NCBI RefSeq assembly: GCF_001194135.2
Contig: NC_068984.1
Location: 40,027,568 to 40,091,567 of the forward strand
DNA: 64,000 bases
Direction of reading: 5' to 3'
Source: Octopus bimaculoides
Lineage: Eukaryota
The stretch's first letter is position 1; each line of letters opens with the position of its first letter. Under the pieces are notes generated by a model. The model saw only the letters and a list, made by a program, of their open reading frames with translations, was not told the DNA's origin and did not search any database. The position numbers and the translations under genes were made by a program. Of this stretch, positions 37,901 through 53,500 are shown one piece after another.

Positions 37901-40900
37901 CACTAACAACATGCAAATGTTCTTTTTATTAAGAATATAGAATTTATATACTTTGTATTGTATAAATAATATAAGTACATATTCAGTTGTTCAATGCAGT
38001 AGATAAAGACTGAAATACTTCACTGAGTAATTTTTATTTTTTATTCTTCTAAATGTGCGTCATCTGTCTGGAATCCAAATACCGTCAGAAGAAACTTTTA
38101 CATTTTATCCCTTTAGAAAGGAAGGAAACTTGGGATAATTCAGACCATTAAGTCCCCATCTCCAAAAAAAGAAAACCCTAAGGCTGGTAAAGTAACACTT
38201 TTATTTGTTTGACTTTGGTCTTTCCATGCTAGGAGTAGAATGTATTTGAGATAGGGTCTTATGGCTGGATGTTGCCCATGTTACCAACCATTACCAATTT
38301 TCGAAAATATGGAGCTCATGGTTGTAATGACAACAAGAAATGCTTAATCAAGTGAAGTCATGGAATGTTAACATTCACGCATATACATGTATGCGACACA
38401 CTTTCTACAGTTTGTATCTCTCAAATTCACTTGGCCCAGGGCTATAATAGGAGACATTTGCCCAAGATGCCATGCAGTGGAACTGAACCCCAAACCATGT
38501 GTTTGTGAAGTCAAAATATTTCATAGAATTTAATTTTTATATTACAAAGAAACATGTTTGATAAAATTTACATATGTTTTAAGATAAGCAAGTTTAATGT
38601 ATAAGTAGCTATTGAAAACGATTTAAAACGTGTTAGGATAGTTGAATTATAAAATCCAAAGGTACATTGCATGAAAAGCTAATTAGGGTAAAATTATGGG
38701 ATGTCAAAAATGGAATAAAGTTGATATAGAAATAATAGAATACAGATGGTAAAAAGTATATCACAAAATATACAAATACCAAGAACTACATAGAAGGGAT
38801 ACAACTATATAAATTACAATGTAAAATTCCATCACTACATTTTAAATATTGTGAAATTTGTCCAGGATGATATATATCAAATTTACTGAAAGAGACCCAT
38901 ACTGGTATGGGAAAATTAATATCAAGCATAGCAGATAGAATAAGCAAGGTGAGAAAGTGGTTGGGTATTAAACGTATTAGTCAATACATGAAGATAAATA
39001 GTAAATAATACTTACTCTTTCAAGTAACCCAGAGGGGATTCCTTTGATTGATGACTCAACTTTTGGTGTAGATGGTTTATTGGGTGAGCTATTAGCCTTT
39101 GAAACATTTATCAAAGCACTTTCCACCTAATGAAATAATAATAAAATAATAATTATTAACTTAGCGTGGCTCTTAATTAATAAAAAAAACATCTTTTCAG
39201 TGTTTTTCTCCTTCGCTTAAATTTATAGTTTTAGACTGAAAATTTTCCAACTCTGCAGTTTCGGAAAATAATAAAACAAAGGTGTACTTGTTAGTGATAT
39301 TGTATGGCATGTAGAAAATTTATTTTATGAGGAAATACAAACAGCATATCTTCACCTAATTTCAAAATATATCTTCCCTTGGTAAAACGATCCAATTTGA
39401 GCATCTTCATGTACTTTTACATAATCAAGAAAATTCATTAAAAATTAACCAAGTGATGATACAAGTTCCAAGGTGACTCTTGTACTCTGGCAACTCTCAA
39501 AACGCCTTACATATGCACTTCTCTATGATACTTACAAAAGCACTCCTTTGGTTGAAGATGCATCTTATTTGAACAATCACTACAATAAAAGTATGTGCAG
39601 ACTCTCTTGGTTGAGCTACTGCACATTAGTCTCTCTCCTGTTTTTGTGTCAGAGTGGAAAATGTATGCCCTGCATTCTTTTAAAAGAATGTACAATGGAA
39701 GGTATGTCTCTGTGTGGTTGAGATCATCATGCATTTGTTGTATAAGGTGAACTGCTGCCTTGTCCCAACCCGGGTGAATTAAGCACTGTTTGAAGGAGAT
39801 TTCTTTTTTTTTTGTAGTTTCTTGTATAATGAAGAGAATGAAAATACTGTAGTGAGCAACTTTGTTGATCTTTAGAAAGAATTTCCACCACCATTTCCTT
39901 CCACATCTGCTGTGGAAACCAATACAGTTGACTCTTTGGTCTAATTTATTATGTTTTCATGTCTTTTGCACTTATCAACCAGTTTGTCACCAGCTCTCAA
40001 GGTTATGATATCTGTAGGTGTACAAATTGATACCATAACCACTGGCTTTTAACCCTTTAGCATTCAGATGTAATGCTTTCTTAATCACAATTTTGAATTA
40101 ATCATGAATTATCCTAATGGAAGAACACCTTTCATCTTGAAACCAAAGACGGCCATTTTTCTTCTAGTGCTGACATGAGTGACTGGTTGAATGACCAAAT
40201 CCAAGCTTCTCTGCTAGTTCCTCAAGTTATGATGGGATTTTGTTCCACCAGTGTTTGCAGGACATCCTTGTCAAGCTCTACAGATCTTCCAAGATGAAGC
40301 ACATCTTCTAGGCTGTAGTTTCAGGCTCAGAATTTCTGGAACTACCGTTGACACTGGATTATGTTTACTGTCCAATCCTCATATATTGCATAAATATTTC
40401 TCTCACTTTCCATTGCATTGTTGCCTTTATTGAACTCAAAGCAAAATATACCGAATATGTTCCTTTGTCACTTCCATTATAGCTTTGAAAGAACAACTAT
40501 TAAAATCGAACTGCACTCTTCAAAACTTGCACTAAGAATAAGTCAAGGTAAAATTACTACCTGCTTTTATAGCATGTTGATGCAGGTAGTTTATCCTGCT
40601 CCACTTCAACTTTTAGTTCATGCAATTGAAAAAAACTGCATTATTTATGGGATGACCCAATAGTATCACCCAAACTAAGAGCTTGAAATGAGTAGAAGGC
40701 TGTTCAGAGCTTCTTTAGGAGTAAATTGATGAAAAGCTCTATCTTTTCCTTCCTGGCTGATCTTGAGATACTGATATGAAGCAAGAGTACACATGCTTTT
40801 TTATCAGTAGTTCTTCAAAATTGAAGTGTTTGTTAACTTATATCATGTTGCAGGTTGCTAAAAATGTCCAAGATCCAGATTAGTAACTAACATTCAGTTT

Positions 40901-43900
40901 GTTTTTGTGTCAAATGTTCTTGGGATGGTATATACATTTGAACTTTCTTCTCAGCATCTGCACTGATTGTTGTTCAGCAAATTGGTTTGGATTTCTTCAA
41001 TGATGAGCAAAGAGGCTGTCAAGTTCTGAATATGTTTCATTCATAAAGTCAGTTACTTAAAATGTAGAGCAAATATTGTGCTGCAATGCCCATCGAAACA
41101 TCAGTCCATTCAGGTTCATTACAACCAGTCAAAACCAGGGGAATCCTTGATGCACACCCAAATCTTGATGATGGGCAGTTATTTCTCCAGTATGTGGCAC
41201 TGTCAGAGTTTCTATCCATCTTCATTTAGAAACTGGAATTTCAATTTCTTTGTCAGTTCATATCTTCATTTGAACTGGAGTCAGAATCGTTAGTTTTCGT
41301 CTGTGTCACGGTTACAATTATCTTGAATCCACAGGCAAAAGGGAGTTTGTGCTTGCTTGGCCATATATCGAAGAAAATTTAATGCACTAAATGATGCTGA
41401 CAGTTACTGAGACATGATTACAAATTATTCTCTTAGCAATGATATTTCTGTCAAGAATGAAACTCTTTTAGACTTTGTAAGCTTCATAAAGAAAATGAAA
41501 AAACAACTATTTTTTTCAGTCACAGGAAATCTAACTCGCAATTGAAAGTTGTTTCCCCTCTTGAGTTTTTTTTTTTACTTATTTAATAAGGGATTGCTAG
41601 ATAAAACGATGCAGTGCAGCTTTTAACTGTTCAGCGAAAGACTTTGAAGTGTGCAGTACATAATCTTTTAAGAGTTAGGGAAAATATAATTTTCACAAAC
41701 GTTTTTATCTGGGTTTTTTTTTACCAGAAGGATGATATAAAGTTAAATATTTACTGAAGATTTCATTCAACCTCTCCCATAGCATCTAGTCACATCAACA
41801 ATAATGAGCACAACAGGAGTTGGAAAATCAACCATGTGGTTTAAAATTATTAGTTTGTACGTCTTCATTAAATAGTTAAAATTGCTCAAGTGCTTTCTCT
41901 TTGGTTGAGACCTCCTATTCTATATCTAAATTGTTTCTGAAACAAGTTTTAACTGACACACTATACCCAAACACAACAGTCATAGGAAGAGGAAGAACCC
42001 ACTACCCACCTCGAAACGAAAAGAAAAAATGAAACTTACCTTAGGGTGTAGTTTCCCTCTTGTTGCATTTAAAACCTCACGAGCAGTTTGATAAACCTTG
42101 ATATATGGAGGCTGGGGTAAAGGGGAAGGTTCAATGTCAGGTACTTGGTCTAATCGGAACTTAGGATGCCAACGAATAAGTCTGTCATCAGAAATTCTCA
42201 TAGGCTTTGGTAGGCTTTTCAGAAATTCCTACAATAAAAAGGCTCTTGATAGTATTCTCTCTTTTGTTTATCACGTACATAAAAAAAAAGAAAGAGGGAT
42301 TCTTTTACCTCTGAAAAGTGTGGAACATGTTTTTGCAATTATACAGAGTTATGTACCTTGAACCAAGCAAAAACCGGATCGCACGATAAAAGTCCTAGTC
42401 AAACATCTGCACTATGTATCGTGTGTTCATCATCATTTAACGTCCGCTTTCCATGCTGGCATGGGTTGGACGATTTGACTGAGGACTGGTGAAACCAGAA
42501 GGCTACACCATGCTCCAATCTGATTTGGCAGAGTTTCTACAGCTAACAATTTAAATGTAAATAACATTGCAAAAGCATAGTATATGATTTTCAATAAGAC
42601 ATTATCATGTTACCAAAGAGAGTGGTAGAGACTATCAACTATGATGTAGAAACCATGCCAGAACAGACAATGAAGTCTGATATGGCTCCCGGCCTTACCA
42701 GCTTTGGTCAAACCATCTAACCAATGCCAGCATGGAAAACGGACATTAGCTGATGATGATTTATAAACCAAATTGCATCATTAAAATGCAACTTACAAGC
42801 TTCATTATTTGTTACTAATCAAACACACAAGAACAAACTATTTTTAAAATATGAGAAAAACTTACTTTATGTAATGTCATGATGCATTTCACCAAATTAG
42901 CATGGAAAATTTTCTTTCTAGTAATGAAATGAGTGGCTGTAAGATGCAAGTTGCCATTTTCAGGATCTAAAGTGGAGAAGAAACAAAAAGGAAATCATCA
43001 CCATTTCAAGACATGTTCTATAAATTTAGTTTAATGTACTGTGTATATCATATCTCCCACAATTTGTTTTAGTCATTGGACTGCAGATATACCAAGGTAT
43101 TGTCTTGAAGGGTTTAGTCTATCAAATTAACCATGGTACCTAGTGGTTTGGTAAAAAGAGACTGATAAGACTAAGTTATGGTAATGTGAATAAACCAACA
43201 CTGTTTGTCAAGTAGTGATGGAGGGGAAACCCAAAGACACATACATTATCTCTCTCTGACCATAACAATATATATGTATATATATCGTTATGGTCACTTT
43301 TTTACCAAATAAACACATGCACTATATACTTGTCTTTCATTTCAGCTTTATCATTGTTCTTATTTTAGTATCCTTCATCTGAAATCGTTTGCTACACGTC
43401 CTGTGACCTCTTCAGCAACTCTGCATCCCATGTGTCTCCCCCTGTTCTATTTAGTCCATTCTGTCTTTCTATGGTGTGCACGCAAACACACACACAGAGG
43501 CTTCCACACAGTCTCTACCTACCAAATTCACTTAAATGTATTAGTTGGTCCGAGGTTATAGTACAAGACATTTATCAAAGGTGTTGTACAGTGGGACTGA
43601 ACCTGAAACCAAGTGGGTGCAGTATCGAGATGTGGCTTTATGTCAGTGATGAGGAATATGATAAAGGGAGAGAAACAGGTATCTTGCTGTAGAGAACATG
43701 CAATGGCTACCCCAGCTGGAAAAGATAGAAGAGGATGAAAATGCATCACGATGTACTCTTGGGTTACAGGAAGGTGAATATAAGTGGTACAGGGGATTGG
43801 ACAGGGTAAGTGAGTAGGTATGTTTGTGAGAGTGGTAGATGGATAGGGACAGAGGGGAATGCAAACAATAAGAAATATGAGTGGATGTTTAGAAGGCAAC

Positions 43901-44904
43901 TGTGAAAGAGAGGAAAAATAATTAACAAATTAACAAGATGAACAAGTCTTTTAAAAAACATTCATAGGTGCAGGAGTGGCTGTGTGGTAAGTAGCTTGCT
44001 TATCAATCACATGGTTCCAGGTTCAGTCCCACTGCGTGGCACATTGGGTAAGTACTGCCTACTATAGCCTCGGGCTGACCAAAGTCTTATGAGTGGATTT
44101 AGTAGAGGGAAATTGAAAGAAGCCTGTCGTATATATGTGTGTGTGTGTATATGTTTGTCCCCACATCACTTGACAAATGATGCTGGTGTGTTTACGTCCC
44201 CTATAACTTAGAAGTTTGGCAAAACAGACCAACAGAATAAGTACTAGGCTTACAAAGAATAAGTCCTGAGGTCAATTTGATCGACTAAAGACAGCGTTCC
44301 AGCATGGCAGCAGTCAAATGACTGAAACAAATACAAGAATATATATGTATGTATGTATGAAAGTGTGTGTTTCTTTGTGTTTGTTCACACCACTGCTTGA
44401 CAACTGGTGATGGTGTGTTTATGTCTGTAACTCAGCAGCTTGGCAAAAGAGATCAATGGAATAAGTACTAGGCTAAAAAAAAAAAAGGAAAAAGAAAGTA
44501 CTAAGTTTATTGATTTGACTAAAAATTCTTGAAGGCAGTGTCCCTGAATGGATGCAATCTAATGACTGAAACAAGTAAAAAATAGAAGAGGATAGTCATT
44601 TATGCTTACTGCTATACTCCATACCTGATTCTTCAAATTGGGGAGTGATAGTCAGTTGGTAGCCTTGATATTTGTAACCAAGTTTTGGAAGACCTTTTTC
44701 TTGTTTGAATTCATATGCAGCAGGGTATACAGTTTTTATCTGACCAAGAATTTCTTGCTTAAAATGTCTGGGAATACAAAGAGAAAAATATACAAAACGT
44801 TTGTTTTAATTGATATTGAATCTAATAGAGAATAAGATGAAATACATTTCTGAAGAGTATTTTTTTTTATTTTCAGAGAAAAAAATACACTATTCAGCTG
44901 GGGG

Positions 44905-44964
<60 letters not shown>

Positions 44965-47900
44965 AATTGTTTCTTGAAATATATAAAAAAAAAAAAAATT
45001 ATATGCCAGTAAAGATACATAAACAAGAACACTCAGAGTGTGCAAACCTCCGCCAAGGCAACACCAACATCCTCTCAATGATTAAGCAAGAGATGATTTT
45101 TAAAATGAGAATATCTGAAATAAACTTGACTGCTCTCACAAACGAGAATACTAAAAATGAACCCGACTGCTCTCAAAAATTAAGTGAAAAAACAGGAAGA
45201 ATAATCCAGAATCCTTGTCCGGTACCGGATTAATCTCAAAATTTAATCAGTTCATGCCAGCCACTAGGTCAAACCTCCCTGAAAGTTTCATCCGAATCCA
45301 TCCAGCGGTTCTTGAGACAAACGCAACTGAAAACAATACCTCCCCCTTCGGTAGGTCTGAGGTAATAAGCATATTTTTTTTTAATAACAATAAATTGCTT
45401 CAAGTTTTGGGACAAGGCCAACAGTTTTAGGTGGAGGGGATGTCCATAACACTGACCCCCAGTACTTAGCCAGTAGTCATTCTATCAACATTGGAGGGAT
45501 GAAAGGCTAGGTTGGATTTAGCAGAAAGACACTAATGATTCTTCCAGCTTACTACCTTAATAATAATTCTAATTTTGGCACAAGATTAGCAATTTTGAGG
45601 GTGGATAGTAAGAAAATTGTATTAACCCAGCACTCGACTTGGTACTTTATTTTATCAACCCTCGAAAGGGTGAAAGGCAAAGCTGACCTTGGTGGGATTT
45701 GACCTCAGAATGGAGCTGAAAGAAATACGATAACCAAAATACATTTAGTACAGAATTTAAAATAAAACTAATTTCAATAAATTCACCTTTTAAGACTTTT
45801 TTCAACAGCATCTTTGAGCTTGGAAAAAGTGCAAACTTCTGAACGGTTGTGTAACATGCGGACAACATCATCTACTCTTTGAAAGAATTCCTCTAATACT
45901 GTATAGGAATAAGGGAGTGTGAGTGTAGGTGGTATTGGCAAAGTAAGATGCTGGAATCGTTTATAAGCAGGAGTCCTGTAACAGAGACATGACAATTTAG
46001 CAAAGAGGATAAGAAATATATCAAAATATATTTTGTGGGATATGAGAAGGAACAGAAGATTATGTTGAAATTTTGATAAATATTATTCAATTAAAAAGAA
46101 TTACAACTACACAAAACAAAGTTGTCATATTTTAGGTATATAAATTGTTTTATAGTTTAATATTTGCTATCCTCCATCCCACCAAAATCCTTTTCATTTT
46201 GTTGTTTGTTCTTTTTAAGTATGTTTTCAAAAAAGCTAATTAGAAACAGAAATTTTGAAGCAAACTAGGATTTAAATGAAACTATTTTTTCACTCATGCT
46301 AGCATGAATTAGATGAAACAACATTGTTTTGTAACTGTCCTTCTTGCTGCTAACTCTTACCTACTTTTCAAGTGAAGGAAATTTTCATTCCATACAGCTT
46401 CAAAGCACAGAGCTGCTAATCAGTTTGTTAACAGGGAAATGACAACAACGACTATAGCTTATATGATCACAGTAAGTAAACATTCTCATAGACACACACA
46501 CATCATCATCATTTAGCACCCTTTTTCCATGCTGGCATAGATTGGAAGGTTTGACTGGAACTGGTAAGCCAGAGAGCTGCACCAGGCTCCAGCCTGTTTT
46601 TGTTTCTACAGCTGGATGCCTTTCCTAATGCCAATCACTTCACAAAGTGTACTGGCTATCTTTTACATGTTGCTAACATGGGTGCCACATATATGATGAG
46701 CTTTGTACCAAATTCAATAATCAACTCAGGCAATAGTAGACACTTCCCGAAAGTGCTGTGCAGGGAGACTGAACCTGGAACCACATGATTGTGAAGCAAA
46801 CCTCTTAACCACACTGCCAGATAATTAACAAGCTTAAACTGATTCTTAGCCAACGAGGAAACCTATGTAATCACTCAACCTGCTAGATATAGAAGTCAGA
46901 TCTTTCTCAAATCACTGACTACTGTCATAAAAAAGAGGATGCATTGAATAACGTAGTCCATGTAGCCCTATATAAAAAGAACAGGACAGTCATGGCTGGA
47001 ACACATTTGATCGAGTCCTGCTTTATCAAGGTTGGCTGGGAGCTAAACAACAAAAACAACAGTCAATCACCCTCACCTTCCAATTCATAAAGCGCAACAA
47101 GTCACACTGGATTATATAATCCTAGATATCCTGTAACAAAGTAAATAAAAAAAAATGGTGTGTAAAGTGTAATGGTCTGATTCTTCAGAGCTGCCCGAAG
47201 ACTAAGCAAGAAATTTCACTTACTTGTTAACCAAGTCAGACTTCTCTTTTTCAAATTCAGGTTGAGTCTTACAGGATGAGCTTTTAGGTTTTTCTTTTGA
47301 TTTTGTTGCAGCTTTGAGTTGCTTAATTAACAGTAACTGCTTCTTCAGTTCTTCCACTTTGCTACATTTCATGAGATCAATTTTGACTTGTTCTGGTGTT
47401 AAATTTAACTGAAAGAGTTCAAATAAATATTGGTTATTTTTGAAAGAAACCATTACTTCAATATAGAAATATGAACTAGTTTATTGCAGTAAAGATGAGA
47501 TTTTGCAGACATTGGAATAATGCTTGAATAAATTGGATATGAAACCTAAATCTTTAGATGAACTTCAACAAAAGAAATTTTTTATTTTTGCATGAAAATT
47601 ACAATGTCATAAGCTTTTGAATTGTATTTATTATGTCCTATAATTTGTTCTTAAGGTTAAGAGCCTCTTGTGTAAAAACATTGTTCTAGAACTTAGCTCT
47701 GTTAAGAAGATAATTGTAATTAACCAGCCAGAAGATAAAATGTAGGAATGTTATAGGAAATAAGAATTTCAATCCTTTTCTTACAAGTTTATTTACACTA
47801 GGATCATCATCATCATCGTTTAATGTCTGCTTTCCATGCTGGCATGGGTTGGACGATTTGACTGAGGACTGGTGGAACCCGAAGGCTACTCCAGGCTCCA

Positions 47901-50492
47901 ATCTAATTTGGCAGAATTTCTACAGCTGGATGCCCTTCTTAACGCCAACCACTCCGAGAGTGTAGTAGGTGCTTTTACGTGTCACCGGCCACAAAAGAGT
48001 TTGTTAATTTTCAACAAGGGTGATGAGAAAGAACCCACAACATTCAGCATATATGAACATTGCTGCCTTCTTAGCCTAAATTATGATGGATTAAAGAAAC
48101 TAAGAAAACGTCAGCACAAATTTTCTACCTATCAGCCATGGCTCATAAGTTACTGTGACCTCTAGTTTTTAGAAAATAACTTCCTTTTCATTTATCATAA
48201 TCATATTACAATACACAATTCTGGGTTGCTCTGAGGGATTATTGTAGAAAGTTGTAAATTGTATTAGATATAAATTATTTAGGAGATGTCACTTATTCCA
48301 GTACAGAACAGTTATTATAAAAATAATAAAAAACAATTAATATAACTTCAACTTTAACTGTATATTCTGTTGCTAAATGAATCATAAACCAAATAAATTA
48401 AATTTTGATTGCAAAAATTTTACAATTTTAAGTGCATAGTAAGCGGAAAACAGCAACAAAACAAACAAAAAATCACTAAACATATGTGGTCAGATATAGT
48501 TGTGGTTGTCCTAAAAACCACAGCAATATATGACCATATATGTCCACTGAAATTATATTTGAACTCACAATGCACATAAATTCATAAAATTTTGCATAAT
48601 CAGTTAGACAATGTAGTGATATTGTTTCATTGACAGTAACCAGTTCAAGTCTATCTGGTTTCTTGATTAGCAGTATCTCATGATGCTGGGCTAATTTTAT
48701 AAAGATTGAATGCAGATTGAGCCCTGGTGAAATTTCATAATAGTACCTGATTTCTTAATTCTAGAATGTAGCTCAATTAAGCCAAGGTACAATGTATAAT
48801 TTTCAGTTATAAATACACTAAATATCAATATTCAGGGGAATCGTAACTCTACCTGTCTGACTGGATTAGTTTTTCCAGGATCTGTTGCTTTTTGAAGTTC
48901 TTTGCTGTCATTTGAAGCAGATTCTGTAGTCTGGCTGTTTACAGACATCTGTTGTGACCGCATTCTTCGTAACTTTTGAGGAGTTTCAGGCAAAGGAGAA
49001 ATGGGCCTAGGTATATTGCTCACTAAAGGAAATTCTAATTCCCAGGAATTGCTGTCTTCAAGTTCTTTTTCCTCCTCAATATTCTGTTGAGATAAATAAA
49101 TGATAAATTTTATCAATATGAAAATATTTTTTCTTTGATGTCACAAACCACGTTGATTGTTGCTTTCACTGTTTCAGCAGTGTATGCTTCAACCTTCGTC
49201 AGGTGTGTTGTGATTCACTAAGGTGAAGCATACACAACTGAAAGGTAGTAAAAGCAACAATCAAGATGAAGACAATACTCCAACTAATACATAATATCTA
49301 AATTCTTCATAGAAATATAGAATTGTATTTCAAAACAATAAAGACAAACATAAATAATATTAGTTAAACCTTTTATTTATTATTATTCCCATTTCTTAAC
49401 TCTCTTAACATATTCCCAAAAAGCCAGTACAATCACCTTTGGTAATTTAAGTCAGCTTGGCACGAAACAATATAGGCTGACTTTACTGAAGTTTTGGGCA
49501 AAATCACTATTGCCAGAATCCCTCCAAAGCTCTTAGATTCAAACAAATATATAGATTGCCTGGGATGTAAGAATATATAGTTATACTAACAAACAACATA
49601 AGTGAAAATAAATATACATACACCATATTCCATGCATACATGTGTATATACATCACCATCATTTAATGCCCATTTCTCCATGCTTGCATGGATCAGATGC
49701 AGTTTATTTGAGGCAGATTTTCTATGGCTGGATGCCTTTCCTATTACCAACCCTCAACTAGCTTCCTTCAGTTTCTGTCTACCAAATCCACTCATAAGGC
49801 CTTGGTAGACCTGGGAACTGTAGAAGACACTTGCCCAAAACACCATGCAGTAGAACTGAACCCAGAGCCATGCACATTCACATATGCAAACAGACTATTA
49901 AGTGTACAAACCAATATCTGTCTATCTACATGAGGTTTTGGTATCCAGAAGACCCAAAATGCAGGTAAGGCTATGTAAGTGCTACAGAAGGACCGTAGTT
50001 AAACTTCTGGTTTGATAATAGTATGAGTGAGGAGTCTAATGCTGGTTGTGTGTGAGCATGTATAAATTAAAGAAAATGAGACAACAAAGTCAAGGCAGTG
50101 TGAAATTTCTAGGACATTTATAAAGAGAAAGGTAGTCTTACAGTGGTTTCAGAGATATGAAGGATATCCCTTCAACAGAGACGATACGAGAGAGTTAAAT
50201 AGAGGGAAATAGTAGAGTTCAATATAAGAAGTTATTTTGGAAAGGGAGAGATATAAGAAGTATAAAGGGAAATAAAAGAATAAAAATAAAAATATATGTT
50301 GGATGTTACAGTTCTATTATCTGTGTAGAATGGGTATTTTATTTTACAAAATACAAAATGGCTGATAGTTAGCAAGGTGAGACACACATAAGAAAGAAGG
50401 AAACAAAGGACCACTGATGAGGTCACAGAAGTGTGACGAAAGAACTCTGGCCGAAATAAGATTAAGATTAAGATTAATGTAATATAAAGCTG

Positions 50493-50540
<48 letters not shown>

Positions 50541-53500
50541 AACACCAAATATACAGTGCGTGTGTTTTTATTGGCTAAACTGGCAATATGACCATCCCCA
50601 AGTACAACAATATATATATATCACTATCATTATTTAATGTCTGTCTTCCATACTGGCATAGGTCAAACAGTTGCTGGCAAACCAGAGAACTGTGCCAAGC
50701 TCCAGTATCTGCACTGGCATGATTTTTATGGCTGGATGTCCTTCCTAACAACAAACACCTACACATACACATATTCTTTTCCACTCTAGGCACAAGGCAT
50801 GAAATTTTTGGGGAGGGGTCCAGTCGATTAGATCAACCCCATTATGCAGCTGGTACTTAATTTATTGACCCCAAAAGGATGAAAGACAAAGTCGACTTTG
50901 GCAGAATTTGACCTCAGAATGTAAACACAGACGAAATACTGCTAAGTATTTCACCCAGCATGCTAACGTTTCTGCCAGCTTGTTTCAATTAATTTGGAAA
51001 AATAATGTAGAATTTGGTTAAATAACTTTTCTCATCATTAAGCTAGTGTTTAGGTTAAAAATAAGCACAAAATTTTGACCAGAGGTTTCAATTTAGATCA
51101 TTTTAAACCAAGTTTTGTGCCATAGTAACAGGAGTAGTTTTGGTATCAAAAGGGTTAAGTTGGAGAAAACATAAAAATAGCACATTGTAAACTCCAGTAT
51201 TTATTACAAAGTTGGAATAGTATATGGTATAGAATCAAGGGAAATGTAGAAATGCTACAAGTGAGTTTAGTTAAGATATAGATGTTTTTGCTTCCATTTT
51301 CTTCAAGTAAATCATATGACTTATCTTTTTGATTGAGGAAACATACAATGAAGTCAAATTGTTGTGTCTCAAAGTCTTCTCACATTGGTGAATCACGTGT
51401 TATAAACATACATTGTCTAAAGGGAGGTGTTCTCTGATAACGAAAAACAACTGTGATCAGAGATTCATGTTCGAATCTGCCTGGTATATTAAGAAGGGAT
51501 ATTTTACTGTTTGGATTCTTACTGGTCTACATGCACCCCATGAATTACTTTGGCCAGTCAAAGCATGTTTGCTTTCTCTTGGCTGGAAAACAAATCTGTA
51601 GATTAACTTTGTGGTGTTTCAGGTATTAGTCAACTCTTTTGGGGATTCCAATTAAATAATTTGTCCTTTGTGAGTATCAAAGTAATTTAAGCAATGATAG
51701 TTCCGAGTTGTACGTTTCATAGACTAAGATATATTGATTTAGCCTCAGTTAAGTTATTTTCATCATTTGTAGGAATATAGGCTGTTAATAGTAGGTAGAG
51801 GAAACTAGTATTAGTAGAAAATTGGTGATCAAAGTATGCTTAACCAGTAAGGGCATGTTTGGCTGTAGTCTGAAAGATGCATGTGAACATTGCTCGTTCA
51901 TAGAGCGTCTTTGGGTTTTATGAGAATAAGTGCATTTTATCTAAAAAATGTTTTAGTAATATGAAATATGAAGCATTTGTCCGAAATTTTAGCCTAACAT
52001 AATTAAAGTCAGCAATAAGAACATGCATTTACAAAGTGTTCTTATAGATGCCTGAAAACCTTTGTAATATCTTCATAGAAAAGGATAAAAGTACAAAGGT
52101 TAATCTTGGTGAACTATGGACCCTGCCACTGATTCTTTGGCATTCTTTCGATTTGTGATTACAATGAAAGTGTTAATATAGACACTAACCAGAAATGTCC
52201 AGGTAGACGTGTCGAATACACAACACACCAACCCTTGAAAAGATTCCCCCACCCCCAAAGTTTCTTCTAATTTCTGTTTCCAACAATGAAATTTACAATT
52301 TTACAGCCCACCCCAAAAAAACTCTACAAAATATTAAATTTTATTCCCAATTTGGTAGAGAGGGTTAGGGTTACCCTGTGGATCTATATAAAAACCCGGC
52401 GAAATTTTAAAATTGAGATTTAAAAAAGATTTTTTTTCAGAATCGGATTCTCCATGGTCTGAAACATAGGATTCCGTAAAAAAAAAAAAAAAATTTAAAG
52501 GGTGGGGGGGTATACCCAGATTACATATACTCCATCTCCACCCCCAATTTTTTCTTAAATTCAGGTTTGAAGTTCTTTTCTTTCAAAATTTCAATGCTAA
52601 TTATTTACAATCATTTTCTACTTTCAATGTGTGATCATAAAACGAAAGAATGCCGACCATGGAATGTCTGGGTAGCTCGGTCCATTTTCAACTTTTGGTA
52701 AAAGTTGCAATCAGGATTGAAAGCACAAACTAAGTTTCAACAGGTTCTGCATTTACACATTCAATCTTGATTAATTCTACTTCAAGACACCACAATTAGA
52801 ACTCTAATGCCCTCAACACAAAGGAAGTCACTGTGCTGTGTTCTGCATCTTTTCACAGCTGTACATTGTAAATAACACTGTTTACCTTCACTAGTCATAA
52901 GGCTGTGATTTCAATATTCAATGAAAATGAATGAAATATATCATTTATTAGGTACTACTAAAGCAGCACGGTCCCGAACGCGCAGTCGCGTTAGCTAGTC
53001 GTGAGTGGTCGATTCTAACCCTAACCCTAAACACGGGATAGGGTTTAGGATCGACCACTCAAGACTAGCTTGCGCGTTCGGGACCGTGCTGCTTTAGTAG
53101 TACCCATTTATTTATTATAGGTAGTTCTTAAGGTTTTAATACAAAATCTAAATAAGATGACGATTCTGAAAAAAAAACAAAAATCTAAATAAATGGTCAT
53201 AGAATTCTCCCTTAAAAATATTTGAAGTGAGTTTTATTATGAAATCAATTTCTATTGCAATTATAACCATTATTTCTTAATCATTCAGAAGTACATGGAA
53301 TAACTTATAAAGTCATGGTGTGATACATAAATCGGTAAATCTATGCTATAAAACAAAAGAAAGAAAAAACATGAAATACTGTACAGATTCGATATCTTTG
53401 GTTTTTCCTTCTGGTAATTCAATTGGCTCTGTTTCCTTATCTTTTTCGTCAAATAAAGGTAAACGCTTCCGTGCCGATTTAGTAAGTTTGATAACTGCAA

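Noticed and set aside
44905-44962. Long poly(A) tracts (also 50493-50538) and their poly-F/K ORFs
   Set aside because: Simple mononucleotide repeats; no attached processed pseudogene was recognised.
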